Source of the DNA: Pseudomonadota bacterium
GTDB taxonomy: Bacteria > Pseudomonadota > Gammaproteobacteria > Pseudomonadales > Cellvibrionaceae
DNA: 64,000 bases
NCBI GenBank assembly: GCA_040385335.1
Contig: JAZKHP010000021.1
Coordinates: forward strand, 68,516 to 132,515
Reading direction: 5' to 3'
Below the pieces are notes generated by a model that saw nothing but the letters and a program-made list of their open reading frames with translations, did no database searches and was not told where the DNA came from. The number at the start of each line of letters is the position of its first letter. Within the stretch, counting starts at the first letter, position 1. Below, piece by piece: positions 23,101-32,204 of this stretch. The position numbers and the translations under genes were made by a program.

Positions 23101-23789
23101 TGGAATGGTATTTTGCTCAAGCAGGTTCTGTAACATTCACTTTGTTTCAGAAAGATCTTTCCAAGTTCTTCATTAACGGAAGTTTTGAGCGCACCTACAC
23201 TAACCCAGTTAGCAACGTGACACAGACGGCGGAGGTAACGGGAACCATCAATAATGGCGAAGGTAAGTTAAAAGGCTTTGAATTTGCTTATCAACAGTTC
23301 TATGACTTCTTGCCTGCTCCATTTGATGGTCTAGGTTTGCAAGCCAACTTTAGCTATATTGATTCTGAATCGGTACCTAATACTGGTAGTTTAGCGCAGG
23401 ACGATAGCGGCTCAACCGATACGGGCGCTCGTGTAGACCTCGCTGGTTTGCCTCTAAAAGGCCAATCCAAGCGCACCTACAATATCGGGCTTATGTATGA
23501 GAAAAATGATTGGTCTGCGCGCCTTGCTTACAACTGGCGTTCACGCTATTTGTTGACAACTCGCGATGTGATCAGCCGCTTCCCATTATGGAACGATGAT
23601 TATGGTACGGTTGATGCGTCCTTGACATATAAAATCAACGACAACTTCAGCACTGGTATTCAGTTCACTAACCTGACTAACGCTACCACCAAAACCATCA
23701 TGATTCTTGATGGCCAGGATTTGGAAGCGGGCCGTTCATGGTTCGTAAATGACCGTCGTGTATCTCTGCAGTTAAAAGGCAGTTTTTAA
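20196..23789 (+). CDS. TonB-dependent receptor (1197 aa)
   Basis: Signal peptide, TonB-box-like 'IEEIVITG', plug 'DSISSEDIGSLPDRSVLEAMSRIPGV', 'VDVYKNQSADMIEGGIGGTVSLRTRKP', terminal aromatic residue (GSF). Confidence 0.95.
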   Translation: MVFPRNNQNETHTRIKFKKSMLAMCIMAVGAPSFAQAPAAAPSENIEEIVITGQRANLQSAQEIKKNASTFVDSISSEDIGSLPDRSVLEAMSRIPGVSIERFAAANDPDHFGVEGSGAVIRGMSATRSEFNGRDSFTANSGRGLSFQDVPPELMAGVDVYKNQSADMIEGGIGGTVSLRTRKPFDSPERLIAFNLDYSYGDLAEAWTPTVSGLFSDRWETSAGEFGVLVNASSSKLEGSSNGLQSDAYVQYLDDYTAFPRRLDTSNTAAANHAGPNDIKGAERFAEAGQGVWLPGGSNASMKNDERDRKGFAAALQWEDTDKTFLSTTQFMRSDARLSWTENTIGYQSGYDRRRSIPLPGTEYTFDDKGLFQSGTITNDAGFGSNGWRSRDNESTDGIRIPTYADWANPNLRVFGSQYQTATRVKDTHTIIDDFATNFKWTPSDTWEFSVDLQYIKAKTDDDDAGAMLAMNAIQAYDTRGDLPELEFIEPWHGVRDNNMKIDCGLKGGEVCADSQGQGLFGAAGAGVKVGDNNLPGFSDDPAGDSNYFQDKNSYNWQSAIDHYERSEGDSKAARFDVAYNMDGLFTQVKAGIRYAVREQTVRSTTYNWGALFPVFATSPKGLGWVDTPTVGDLNGEWEYVDWSNFQRGESMTVPGDGFLHPKVSLLKDVINGRELPAASEYLDNPWEKMENRVGTGGSLFLPSEVYITEEKNKAAYVRFDFETDIAEHTVKGNIGLRYVELDREAQGATQYPNLVSTTPPPADAPPVTDIAASDAYEQARRAEIEAIYDAMPGKGPYTPITDPNYTPTSVERARATAREKAVNEGFKNGTTQVVGLNSVMTYRNTAFNFLNETDAGFGNNVAALQDESNTYDALLPSFNLAINVTDELIARFAASKAIAQPDMEDVRYTTNLRVLNNEVMKTTRITPNPQPFLQPRTATIAAEVPGWAGDAGNPSLDPMESTQVDASLEWYFAQAGSVTFTLFQKDLSKFFINGSFERTYTNPVSNVTQTAEVTGTINNGEGKLKGFEFAYQQFYDFLPAPFDGLGLQANFSYIDSESVPNTGSLAQDDSGSTDTGARVDLAGLPLKGQSKRTYNIGLMYEKNDWSARLAYNWRSRYLLTTRDVISRFPLWNDDYGTVDASLTYKINDNFSTGIQFTNLTNATTKTIMILDGQDLEAGRSWFVNDRRVSLQLKGSF

Positions 23790-23814
23790 TTCTTAGTTGC
23801 TTTGTTTAACGATT

Positions 23815-23845
23815 AACGCGCTACGTAAGTGGCGCGTTTTTTTTT
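23815..23845 (+). terminator. Intrinsic terminator/attenuator between the TonB receptor and the halogenase-like genes
   Basis: AACGCGCTAC-gtaa-GTGGCGCGTT stem followed by a long T tract. Confidence 0.7.
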
Positions 23846-23927
23846 GTGGTCAGATAATTAATTTCATTACAGTTAACTTTAGTTTCATATATGCTTAAAA
23901 AATAAAATGTAGAGCTAAGTAGAATTT

Positions 23928-25481
23928 ATGCAGCAAAGTAACATGAACAGTAATGTAAAAAAAATAACTATTGTGGGTGGCGGGACTGCAGGATGGATGG
24001 CTGCTGCGGCATTCGTACGCTTTTTTCCTAAAGAGAATTACACCGTTCAACTAATTGAGTCAGATGCAATAGGTACAGTGGGTGTCGGTGAGGCCACCGT
24101 TCCTCATTTACGTTATTTTAATAACATGCTAGGCATCGACGAAAATGAATTTATTGCCGCAACTCAAGCTACTTATAAATTAGGTATTCAATTTGAAAAT
24201 TGGGGAGAGATTGGGGAATCTTATATCCATCCTTTTGGAAGTCACGGTTATGCCATTAACCAAATTGCGTTTCATCATTATTGGATTAAATTGTGGAATG
24301 AGAAAAAAGTCGTTCCATTTGATCAGTTTTCGATGGCAGTCGCTGCAGCTCAACAGGGCAAATTTGCTTATCCGTCAGATGATATCAACTCTCCTCTATC
24401 GACCTACACCTATGCTTTCCATATTAACGCGAGTTCCTACGCGCAATACCTGCGTCAGTATGCGGAGTCGCGTGGGCTGCAGCGCATTGAAGGTAAAATT
24501 AATTCAGTGGTCGTGAATGATAGTGGAAATATTAATCATGTCACTCTTGAGTCTGGCGCAACCATTGACGGTGATTTATTTATAGATTGTTCCGGGTTTA
24601 GAGCTTTATTGATTGAAGATACATTAAAAACGGGCTATGAGAATTGGAGTCAGTGGTTATTGTGTGACAGCGCTGTTGCCATGCCCAGCGAATCACAACC
24701 ACAGATTCCTCTGTATACCAGAGCTATAGCACGCGAATTTGGTTGGCAGTGGCAAATTCCATTGCAACATCGAACAGGTAATGGGTATGTATACTCCAGT
24801 CAGTTTATTACTGATGAGGTTGCCTATGAGACTTTGCAGCAAAATCTTGATGGCAATCCTACCGGCAATCCGAATTTTCTAAAATTTACACCTGGGCGAC
24901 GCTTACAAAGCTGGAATAAAAATTGTGTAGCTATGGGCCTAGCTAGCGGATTTTTGGAGCCATTGGAGTCAACGAGTATTTATTTGATCCAGGTTGCGAT
25001 TTTAAAATTGCTTGAGTTTTTTCCTACAGAGACTGATTCCACGATTAGGCGCAACGAATTTAACCGTCAAATTAAAAGTGAGTATGAAAAAATAAGAGAT
25101 TTTATTATCTTGCATTACCATCTTAATCGGCGGACAGATTCAGAGTTGTGGAAATACTCTGCGCAAATGATCTTGCCTGATAGTTTATTACGAAAGAAAA
25201 ATTTGTTTTATGAATCCAGCCATGTTGAAACTTATCAACATGGATTATTTATGGAGCCTAGTTGGCTTGCTGTATATTTAGGTCAAGCCAAACCCCCTAT
25301 ACATTATGATAAGCGGGCTGACTCGTCTGATTCTAAACTTTCAATGCATCTAAACAAAATAGTATCGGAACTTAATAACATCACAGCCCATATGCCACCA
25401 GCAAGTCTCGCTATGTATAAGCTACAAAAATCGTCATCATATTCTGTGGCAAGTATGAGTTTGTATGGTAGGAATTTATGA
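23928..25481 (+). CDS. Flavin-dependent (tryptophan-halogenase family) halogenase, catalytic motifs intact (copy 1)
   Basis: GGGTAGW, GVGEAT, catalytic Lys in ATYKLGI, WQWQIP, GFLEPLESTSI. Confidence 0.9.
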   Translation: MQQSNMNSNVKKITIVGGGTAGWMAAAAFVRFFPKENYTVQLIESDAIGTVGVGEATVPHLRYFNNMLGIDENEFIAATQATYKLGIQFENWGEIGESYIHPFGSHGYAINQIAFHHYWIKLWNEKKVVPFDQFSMAVAAAQQGKFAYPSDDINSPLSTYTYAFHINASSYAQYLRQYAESRGLQRIEGKINSVVVNDSGNINHVTLESGATIDGDLFIDCSGFRALLIEDTLKTGYENWSQWLLCDSAVAMPSESQPQIPLYTRAIAREFGWQWQIPLQHRTGNGYVYSSQFITDEVAYETLQQNLDGNPTGNPNFLKFTPGRRLQSWNKNCVAMGLASGFLEPLESTSIYLIQVAILKLLEFFPTETDSTIRRNEFNRQIKSEYEKIRDFIILHYHLNRRTDSELWKYSAQMILPDSLLRKKNLFYESSHVETYQHGLFMEPSWLAVYLGQAKPPIHYDKRADSSDSKLSMHLNKIVSELNNITAHMPPASLAMYKLQKSSSYSVASMSLYGRNL

Positions 25482-26926
25482 GCATTCCTATTAGGCATAT
25501 ATTGGTTGCTGGGGGCGGAATTATTGGCTGGTGGGCTGCTGTCTTTTTAAAAAAGGCTATGCCTGATATTAATGTCAGTATTTTGAATAGTCCTGTCGAT
25601 GACAGTTACGCGGTCACTACCGAGCCAATGTTTGCTGAGTATTTGCGTCTTATCGGAATAACAGAACAGCAATTGATTAAATATGCTGATGGTAATTTCT
25701 GTTTTGCTCAGGCGTACTTTAATTGGCCTGCTGAGCGTAATCAATATTTTCACACGGCAGACAAATTGAATTTTAACTGCGACGCAGTAGAATTTAATCA
25801 GTGGCTATTAAAGCTCAAGCAAGCGGGGCATTCGCTTCATTTGGATGATTATTCATTATCGGCTGTCGCTGCTAGGTCAGGCAGGGCTCCGATTTTATCA
25901 TCAAATAAAACATTACCAAGCTTAAGCTTTGACGCTCGTTATTTTAATAAAATACTACAATCCTATGCGCTGGAGCTCGGTGTGACGGTAATAGATGATG
26001 AGATTAAAGACACCGCTGTTGATGCAGAAGGTGAGATTGATTTTATTGTAAGCTCAAAAAATGGCACCTTTAAAAGTGATTTTTATATTGATGCTACCGG
26101 GCAGGGCGACTTAATTGGCAAGGCTATGGGAGTGCACTATGAAAGCTGGGCAGTTTGTCTTCCTTTCCATAAAAAGAAAACATTGGTAGTGCCACCGCAA
26201 GATGGGCGTTTAATTCCATTTACCTCTGTACACTTGTCGGAACAGGGTTGGGTAAAAAGTACACCGCTTAAAAATATAGTCATATGTGAGTATACCTACA
26301 CTGACTCCATTGCTACGGAAAATAAAAAAGATCCAATAAATGATTTTTTTTCAACAGCTACAGCTACTCATTTTCAACCGGGTATGCGCAAAAAAAGCTG
26401 GCATAAAAACTGTTTGGCGTTAGGTTCAGCAGCTGCGATTCTAGATGGCTTTAGTCATTCTTCTTTTTATTTGGCGGCGTCATCCTTAAAACGATTTATA
26501 AATTATTGGCCTCACCACCCACAATATGATGCAATTGAAAATGAATTTAACCGTTTAATGCGTATGGATTATGAAGCTGTGAGGGATTTGCATGCAGTAC
26601 ACTATGCTGCAATTAAAATGCAGGTTAAATTACCTCATTCTTTTTGGTCCCAAGTTGAACTGCCTGAATCATTGCAATATAGGCTAAATCTTTTTATGGA
26701 CTGTGGGCGTGCTTTGCCTGATGAAAATAACCTATTAGACCCAACGCAGTGGCTACATTTATTGATAGGTTTGGGTTGTTGGCCACGGGGTTATGATTGC
26801 ATTGCTAATCATCATGGTAATGATATTTATTGGCAATATTCACAGCAGATAATGAAGAATGTTCAAGGCGTAGCAAAAACATTGCCTGATTACAATTCTT
26901 ATATGAAAACATTTGTTGAACACTAA
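25478..26926 (+). CDS. Halogenase-fold protein with degenerate catalytic motifs (copy 2)
   Basis: Keeps GGGIIGW and is collinear with copy 1, but has GNFCFAQ at the Lys site, WVKSTP for WxWxIP and ILDGFSHS for FLEPLES. ATGA overlap with the copy 1 stop. Confidence 0.8.
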   Translation: MSIPIRHILVAGGGIIGWWAAVFLKKAMPDINVSILNSPVDDSYAVTTEPMFAEYLRLIGITEQQLIKYADGNFCFAQAYFNWPAERNQYFHTADKLNFNCDAVEFNQWLLKLKQAGHSLHLDDYSLSAVAARSGRAPILSSNKTLPSLSFDARYFNKILQSYALELGVTVIDDEIKDTAVDAEGEIDFIVSSKNGTFKSDFYIDATGQGDLIGKAMGVHYESWAVCLPFHKKKTLVVPPQDGRLIPFTSVHLSEQGWVKSTPLKNIVICEYTYTDSIATENKKDPINDFFSTATATHFQPGMRKKSWHKNCLALGSAAAILDGFSHSSFYLAASSLKRFINYWPHHPQYDAIENEFNRLMRMDYEAVRDLHAVHYAAIKMQVKLPHSFWSQVELPESLQYRLNLFMDCGRALPDENNLLDPTQWLHLLIGLGCWPRGYDCIANHHGNDIYWQYSQQIMKNVQGVAKTLPDYNSYMKTFVEH

Positions 26927-26959
26927 AAATTACGGGAAAATATCTTCCTGGAAATATCT

Positions 26960-28462
26960 ATGATTCAAAACCCTATAAAAAAAATAGTTATCGTTGGCGG
27001 TGGAACTGCTGGTTGGATGACTGCTGCAGCTTGTGCTAAAAAATATCCTGCCACAACTATGTCTATTACACTTATCGAGAGTGAATCTATTGGCACTATT
27101 GGCGTAGGCGAATCAACAATTCCACATATCAGGCACTTTAATCAGTTCTTAGGTATTGATGAGAGTGTATTTGTCGCTGAAACCAAAGCCACATTTAAAA
27201 TGGGCATTGCATTTAAAGACTGGGGAAGTCTTGGCAGTGAATATATTCATCCATTCGGACCGCTCGGTCATGATATAAACGGCGTAGAGTTTCATCATTA
27301 CTGGCTGCGCTCGCGTCTCAGTGGAAGCCCTTATCCTATTGATAATTATTCGCTCGCCGCTGTAGCGGCAAGAGCTGGTAAATTTCAGCATCCTTGTGAT
27401 GATCAATCATCGTTGTTATCCACCTATAGTTATGCGTTCCACTTTGATGCTTCGTTATACGCTAAATATTTGCGGAATTATTCTGAAAAAAGACAAGTAT
27501 GTAGAAAGGAAGGCATAGTTTCCGAAACAATTTTAAATCCGCAAACAGGTTTTATTGAATCGATTCGGTTGAATTCTGGTGAGATAATTAATGGCGATTT
27601 GTTTATTGATTGCACCGGTTTTCGTGGCATTCTAATTGAAGATGTTTTGCATTCCGGCTTTGATGATTGGAGCCATTGGTTAGCCTGCGACAAAGCTGTT
27701 GCAGTGCCTTGCGAGCGAAATAGTGAACAGTTAAATCCTTACACCCTATCTATTGCGCACAAAGCAGGGTGGCAATGGCGTATCCCTTTGCAGCATCGGA
27801 CCGGCAACGGTCATGTTTACGCCAGTGATTATATGAGTGATGATGAGGCCACTTCATTGTTACTTAATAATCTTAATGGCGCGCCCCTGGCGGAGCCCAG
27901 GATTCTAAAGTTTAAAGCTGGGCAACGAAAAAAAAACTGGTTAAAAAATTGTGTGGCCATCGGCTTATCAGGTGGATTTCTTGAGCCATTGGAATCAACC
28001 AGCATTTATTTAATTCAAGTCGGCATACAAAAGCTACTGGAGTTTTTTCCTGACTTGCATTTTTTTGAAGAAAACATAAAAGAGTTTAATGATCAATTGG
28101 ATGCAGAATATGTTCGCATCCGCGATTTTATTATTATGCACTATAAGCAATCCTCCAGAGATGACTCTGAGTTTTGGATGAGATGCAAGAATATGATTGT
28201 GCCGGAGGCTTTAGCAAATCGGCAAAAAATATTCGCAGCCTGCGGCCATGTGGATCATCAACAATATGGCGTATATGCGGCAGTTTGTATTGGGCAGGGA
28301 CTTATACCAAAGTCTTACGATTTCAAAATAAATGCATTGCCAATGGATGCTATTGAAAAATACATGGAAAAAATACGCCTTGAAATAGAATTGGCAACGC
28401 AGTCAATGACTAATGCAGAAATGTATATCAAGAAAATTATTGGTAATGGTGGTAGTGCTTGA
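26960..28462 (+). CDS. Flavin-dependent halogenase, motifs intact (copy 3)
   Basis: GGGTAGW, GVGEST, ATFKMGI, WQWRIP, GFLEPLESTSI. Confidence 0.9.
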   Translation: MIQNPIKKIVIVGGGTAGWMTAAACAKKYPATTMSITLIESESIGTIGVGESTIPHIRHFNQFLGIDESVFVAETKATFKMGIAFKDWGSLGSEYIHPFGPLGHDINGVEFHHYWLRSRLSGSPYPIDNYSLAAVAARAGKFQHPCDDQSSLLSTYSYAFHFDASLYAKYLRNYSEKRQVCRKEGIVSETILNPQTGFIESIRLNSGEIINGDLFIDCTGFRGILIEDVLHSGFDDWSHWLACDKAVAVPCERNSEQLNPYTLSIAHKAGWQWRIPLQHRTGNGHVYASDYMSDDEATSLLLNNLNGAPLAEPRILKFKAGQRKKNWLKNCVAIGLSGGFLEPLESTSIYLIQVGIQKLLEFFPDLHFFEENIKEFNDQLDAEYVRIRDFIIMHYKQSSRDDSEFWMRCKNMIVPEALANRQKIFAACGHVDHQQYGVYAAVCIGQGLIPKSYDFKINALPMDAIEKYMEKIRLEIELATQSMTNAEMYIKKIIGNGGSA

Positions 28463-29931
28463 ATCCAAAAAAAATAATCATCGTAGGTGGAGGTATAGAA
28501 GGGTGGACGGTTGCGTCCCTTTTGGGCCGGCACTTGCCGCCAACAGTAGCGGAAGTTTTTGTTATAGAACATCCTGTGCCCAATGTTATTATTGCTGAGT
28601 CTGCGGGCTCTAGTATCAATAGCTTTCATCAGCTTCTTGGCATTAAGGAGAAGACATTATTAGCTGCATCCAATACAACTTATCGCATGGGGATTCGCTA
28701 TGACGGTTGGTCTTCGTCTTCGCAGCGGTATGTGCTTTCCGAAGGGCGTTATGGGGATACTTTTCGCGGAATAGATTTTCATCAACTTTATGCAAAAAGT
28801 TTGCAACTGGGGGTAAGAAATTCGTTTGATGAATATTCGATTAATTCTGTTTCGGTCAAGCTCAATCGATGCGCCAGCCCGGTGTCGAATCAGCAGTCTA
28901 TTTATTCTTGTCTAGTGCATGGACTTAATTTACAAGCTGATTCTTATGCGAAAGTTTTAAAAGAAAATGCAATAGATGCTAGCGTTACAACCATTAAGGG
29001 GGCTGTTAACAGAGTCGGCCTGGATTCTGAAACGGGTCATATTTCAGTTGTTCACTTGGATAATGGAGAAGCTATTGCTGCAGATTTTTTTATTGATTGT
29101 AGCGGCAAGGAAGGTGTGTTAATCGCCGGAGGGCTTAGCGTTTCCTTAATTAGCCAGGATTGCGTATTTAACCGCGTAGCCGTCGGTAGCAGTACGTCAG
29201 AAGAGATAGGAAGCCCGGCAGCAAATTTAAGTATGCACAACGATGGATTTTTAAAACAAGTTTTATTAAAAGATAAAAGTATCTGTAGCTATAATTTTTC
29301 CAGTCTTAATTTGAATGATGAGGGGGCGAAGCAGTATCTGAATAAGCTGGGTATTATTGATATTAGCTTTCAGGATAAGCATTGTGAAAGAAGGTCCAGC
29401 TTCTGGCATAAAAACTGTGTAGCGATTGGTTCGGCAGCAGCTAGTCACTACGATATTTATTATTCACCATTACAATCTGTTAGAAACTCTGCGGTTCGCC
29501 TATTGGATTTATTGATGGGGTTTGATGACTTTGAGTCAGTTAGTTCGGAGTATAATCGGCAATCGTTTGTAGAGTATGATGGCATTGAAGAGTTAAATCA
29601 GTTGCATCTATATTTCGCAAGATCGCAGTCAGCTATTTTGCGTGAGTATTTTGAATCACATTACTTAACCGAATATGCATTGCATAGACTGAACCTGTTT
29701 TCGTTAACCGGAAAACTCACCTATTCCAATGAAGATATTCTTACGAAGTCTGAGTGGATAGCCTTTTTTATGGGGAATAACGTCTTCCCCGAAACCTATA
29801 ATAACGATGTTGATTTTGTAGAGAACAGCAACCTTCTTAAGTTTATTGAAAAAATCAGAGTGGAAATATATAAAGCCGCAGAAAAAGTGCCCCGGCATGT
29901 GGACTTTATTGCCAATGTTTTGAATGGTTAA
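28459..29931 (+). CDS. Halogenase-fold protein with degenerate catalytic motifs (copy 4)
   Basis: GGGIEGW kept; TTYRMGI (Lys to Arg); FLKQVL for WxWxIP; HYDIYYSP for FLEPLES. TTG start overlaps the copy 3 stop (TTGA). Confidence 0.8.
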   Translation: MNPKKIIIVGGGIEGWTVASLLGRHLPPTVAEVFVIEHPVPNVIIAESAGSSINSFHQLLGIKEKTLLAASNTTYRMGIRYDGWSSSSQRYVLSEGRYGDTFRGIDFHQLYAKSLQLGVRNSFDEYSINSVSVKLNRCASPVSNQQSIYSCLVHGLNLQADSYAKVLKENAIDASVTTIKGAVNRVGLDSETGHISVVHLDNGEAIAADFFIDCSGKEGVLIAGGLSVSLISQDCVFNRVAVGSSTSEEIGSPAANLSMHNDGFLKQVLLKDKSICSYNFSSLNLNDEGAKQYLNKLGIIDISFQDKHCERRSSFWHKNCVAIGSAAASHYDIYYSPLQSVRNSAVRLLDLLMGFDDFESVSSEYNRQSFVEYDGIEELNQLHLYFARSQSAILREYFESHYLTEYALHRLNLFSLTGKLTYSNEDILTKSEWIAFFMGNNVFPETYNNDVDFVENSNLLKFIEKIRVEIYKAAEKVPRHVDFIANVLNG

Positions 29932-29945
29932 TCAGGTAAAAAAAA

Positions 29946-31460
29946 ATGACTGAAGATAAATGTATAAAAAATGTTGTTATTGTTGGTGGCGGGACTTCCG
30001 GGTGGATGGTTGCTGCAGCCATGGCAAAGATAATAAAGAATAATTATTGCAATATTCGGTTAATTGAATCGGAAGAGATTGGTACAGTGGGGGTTGGTGA
30101 AGCCACCATTCCAATAATTCAATTTTTTAATAAATTATTGGATTTAGATGAAGATGAATTTGTGCGCAAGACACAAGGTACCTTTAAGCTGGGTATACAG
30201 TTTGTCAACTGGAAAAAAATTGGCCATAGATATATTCATGCTTTTGGCGATGTTGGTAAAGATATTGACTCTATACAGTTTTATCATTATTGGTTAAAGA
30301 TGTCGCAATTAGGCCAAGCAGAAGAGTTAGAGCAATACTCTATAAGCGGCGTAGCCTCTGATAAAGCAAAGTTTATGCGTCCTTTTGATGCAGGTAATTC
30401 ACCGCTATCCAACATCACTTATGCCTTTCATTTTGATGCAGGATTATATGCAAAATTTTTGCGTGAGTATTCAGAGGAGCGCGGAATTATCAGAACAGAA
30501 GGCAAAGTTGTTAATACCCAATTAAATATTAATAATGGTTTTATTGACGCGGTTGTTCTCGAAAGTGGTGAGCGAATTGAAGGCGATTTATTTATTGACT
30601 GCTCGGGCTTTAGAGGGTTACTTATTGAGCAAGCACTGCACACTGGATATGAAGACTGGACGCATTGGTTACCATGTGATCGAGCCTTGGCGGTGCCTTG
30701 TGAGAGTGCGAGTGTTCTCACGCCTTATACCAGGTCAACTGCTCACAGCGCTGGCTGGCAGTGGAGAATCCCATTGCAAAATCGTATCGGCAATGGTCAC
30801 GTGTTTTGTAGCAAGTATATGAGCGATGATGAAGCTGCATCTATTCTTTTGAAAAACCTGGATGGCGCCCCTCTGGCCGAGCCGCGGTTGCTAAAATTTA
30901 CCACAGGTAAGCGTAAACAATTCTGGAATAAGAATTGTGTTGCGATCGGTCTAGCAAGTGGTTTTATGGAGCCTCTGGAATCAACAAGCATTCACTTAGT
31001 ACAATCAAGCATTGCGCGACTATTAAACTTTTTTCCGAATAAAAATTTTGATCAAGAGGATATTGATGAGTTTAATCGTCAGTCACATTTCGAAGTGGAT
31101 AAAATTCGGGATTTTCTTATTTTGCATTATAAAGTTACAGAGCGTGATGACTCGGAATTTTGGCGCTATTGTAAAAGTATGTCCATTCCCGATGCGCTTA
31201 CGCAAAAAATAGAACAGTTTAAGAAAAACGGGAGAATTTTCCGAAATAGTAACGAAATGTTTAGTGAGTTAAGTTGGCTTGAGGTAATGCATGGTCAAGG
31301 TCTTCGGCCCCGTGCTTATCATCCGTTGGTTGATATTATGCCTAAAGATGAAATTGCAAAGCGCTTAATGGGAGTTAAGAGTGTAATAGATAAGTCAGTA
31401 GACTATATGCCATCACACGCTCAATTCATTGCCGAACATTGCGCAGCCAAAAAAATGTAA
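29946..31460 (+). CDS. Flavin-dependent halogenase, motifs intact (copy 5)
   Basis: GGGTSGW, GVGEAT, GTFKLGI, WQWRIP, GFMEPLESTSI. Confidence 0.9.
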   Translation: MTEDKCIKNVVIVGGGTSGWMVAAAMAKIIKNNYCNIRLIESEEIGTVGVGEATIPIIQFFNKLLDLDEDEFVRKTQGTFKLGIQFVNWKKIGHRYIHAFGDVGKDIDSIQFYHYWLKMSQLGQAEELEQYSISGVASDKAKFMRPFDAGNSPLSNITYAFHFDAGLYAKFLREYSEERGIIRTEGKVVNTQLNINNGFIDAVVLESGERIEGDLFIDCSGFRGLLIEQALHTGYEDWTHWLPCDRALAVPCESASVLTPYTRSTAHSAGWQWRIPLQNRIGNGHVFCSKYMSDDEAASILLKNLDGAPLAEPRLLKFTTGKRKQFWNKNCVAIGLASGFMEPLESTSIHLVQSSIARLLNFFPNKNFDQEDIDEFNRQSHFEVDKIRDFLILHYKVTERDDSEFWRYCKSMSIPDALTQKIEQFKKNGRIFRNSNEMFSELSWLEVMHGQGLRPRAYHPLVDIMPKDEIAKRLMGVKSVIDKSVDYMPSHAQFIAEHCAAKKM

Positions 31461-31461
31461 G

Positions 31462-32112
31462 TCATTTTTCTGCACAGCTTGCATCACCCTCTTGAAGTTT
31501 TTCTAAATGAATACTGGTGATGGACAGTTTCATTTTCCCTTCGGTGGAAATGGTTATTGGGCCATTGATTTTTTTCAGATCGAGGCCTGCTTTGGTTAAG
31601 CAGTTGAGGGGGATGGGTAATGACTGCCATTTATCTTTTTCAAGTTTTTTGAGCGGTTTACCCATACTGACCAAGCCTTCGCATGGGTAGGTGCAGCCCA
31701 TGCCAATACTGACTTCTTTGTTAGGGCTTATTTCTACTTTCATATCGATTACGAGTGCAGCAGTGTTTTCAGCTGTGCTCAAATCTATATCCGCACCATA
31801 AATTGCAAACGTGCCTTTTTCGTCGCTACGTGAAGCCCAGGTTATTGTTATCGCATCGTTTTTGGTTTTGAAATCGCTGGGCTCAACAGCCACTTTGCCG
31901 GAGGCAGATTTACCCTTGCGGTCGATAACAGGGGTTGACCAATTTGCGGGGTCGCCCAGACTCAAGGACCATCCATCAACAATTTTACCCTCATGAATAT
32001 AATAAAACTTAGAGTTTAGCTTTGGCTTATCTGCAGTCTGTGCTGATATTGTATTAACGCAAAGTAGAAGGGTTCCAAGCATTAAGGCTTTGAAGGACAG
32101 AAAAGATAACAT
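31462..32112 (-). CDS. Secreted galactose-binding-like protein resembling the C-terminal domain of GH3 exo-glucanases (ExoP_C-like)
   Basis: Signal peptide; 'GMGCTYPCEG...KWQSLPIPLNCLTKAGLDLKKINGPITIST.G' pattern recalled from ExoP-type C-terminal domains; no catalytic domain. Confidence 0.6.
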   Translation of the reverse strand: MLSFLSFKALMLGTLLLCVNTISAQTADKPKLNSKFYYIHEGKIVDGWSLSLGDPANWSTPVIDRKGKSASGKVAVEPSDFKTKNDAITITWASRSDEKGTFAIYGADIDLSTAENTAALVIDMKVEISPNKEVSIGMGCTYPCEGLVSMGKPLKKLEKDKWQSLPIPLNCLTKAGLDLKKINGPITISTEGKMKLSITSIHLEKLQEGDASCAEK

Positions 32113-32176
32113 GATATTTCACCTTGTTGTAATTGAGCTTTTATTGTAGTTTATCCGCCAATAAAATCATCGCCCA

Positions 32177-32204
32177 ACCTCATAAAATTTCCATTTTATG
32201 AGGT
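32177..32204. terminator. Perfect 12-bp hairpin downstream of the NrtR-family gene, possible terminator
   Basis: ACCTCATAAAAT-ttcc-ATTTTATGAGGT; no clear U tract. Confidence 0.4.

Noticed and set aside
23928-31460. Pyrrolnitrin or rebeccamycin-type biosynthetic cluster
   Set aside because: No prnBCD, indolocarbazole, NRPS/PKS or flavin reductase genes nearby; the context is carbohydrate uptake.
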